The translations under genes were made by a program, and so were the position numbers. A stretch of 64,000 bases of DNA from NCBI GenBank assembly GCA_964106915.2, contig OZ066919.1, one strand, 5' to 3'. Positions within the stretch are counted from its first letter, which is position 1; every line of letters begins with the position of its first letter. A model generated the notes under the pieces. The model ran no database searches. It was given only the letters and a program-made list of their open reading frames with translations, and was not told the DNA's origin. This DNA comes from Podarcis gaigeae. Its lineage: Eukaryota. Positions 63,783 through 64,000 of the stretch are shown here, one piece after another.

Positions 63783-64000
63783 GTAGAGCTTCCAAACTGT
63801 AGGTTGAGACATGGAAATGTGTTGGCTGCAGCGTGTAGGTGTGTTGCATGACATGTGTCCGTATCTCTTATAAGGGGTAAGTTTAACCTTCAGTTTGCTA
63901 GTAACACTGAATTAGTGTGCCATGAAATGATGCATGTCTAAAAAATGTGTCACCAACATGAGGTTCTGACAGCTTTGCTGTAGAGAGAAGTGAGGGGCAG

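Noticed and set aside
1-64000. Nested BEND5 gene, which lies in an AGBL4 intron in mammals
   Set aside because: No BEN-domain exons seen; it is expected in a more 5' intron outside this window.
1-64000. CRISPR arrays, tRNA/rRNA genes, operon-like systems
   Set aside because: Eukaryotic intronic DNA; no repeat-spacer arrays; the only tRNA-like sequences are SINE heads.

Overview
Vertebrate genomic DNA, almost certainly from a squamate and probably a lacertid lizard, judging by a Sauria/POM-type SINE, BovB, a Penelope remnant and squamate-type hAT MITEs. The window is a mostly intronic slice of AGBL4 (cytosolic carboxypeptidase 6, CCP6) on the minus strand. Only two coding exons can be supported: 56161-56313 (zinc-ligand DIHAH motif) and 43401-43563 (catalytic YTLE Glu). 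The intron after the second exon starts with a perfect U12 (minor spliceosome) donor, GTATCCTTT, and appears to run more than 43 kb past the window edge. The rest is transposable-element debris, microsatellites and several CpG-retaining, homeodomain-motif-rich blocks that may be conserved enhancers. The most notable elements are: a Penelope-type insert with a minimal hammerhead ribozyme in the loop of a 24-bp inverted repeat; a MITE whose ends resemble mammalian Tigger1; three decayed L1 ORF1-like fragments with no adjacent ORF2; a young hAT MITE carrying telomere-like repeats; and a roughly 110-nt hairpin. Almost all ORFs in the supplied track are spurious or TE-derived. I see no convincing new multi-gene system. 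Repeat family names come from recalled consensus features, not database searches.
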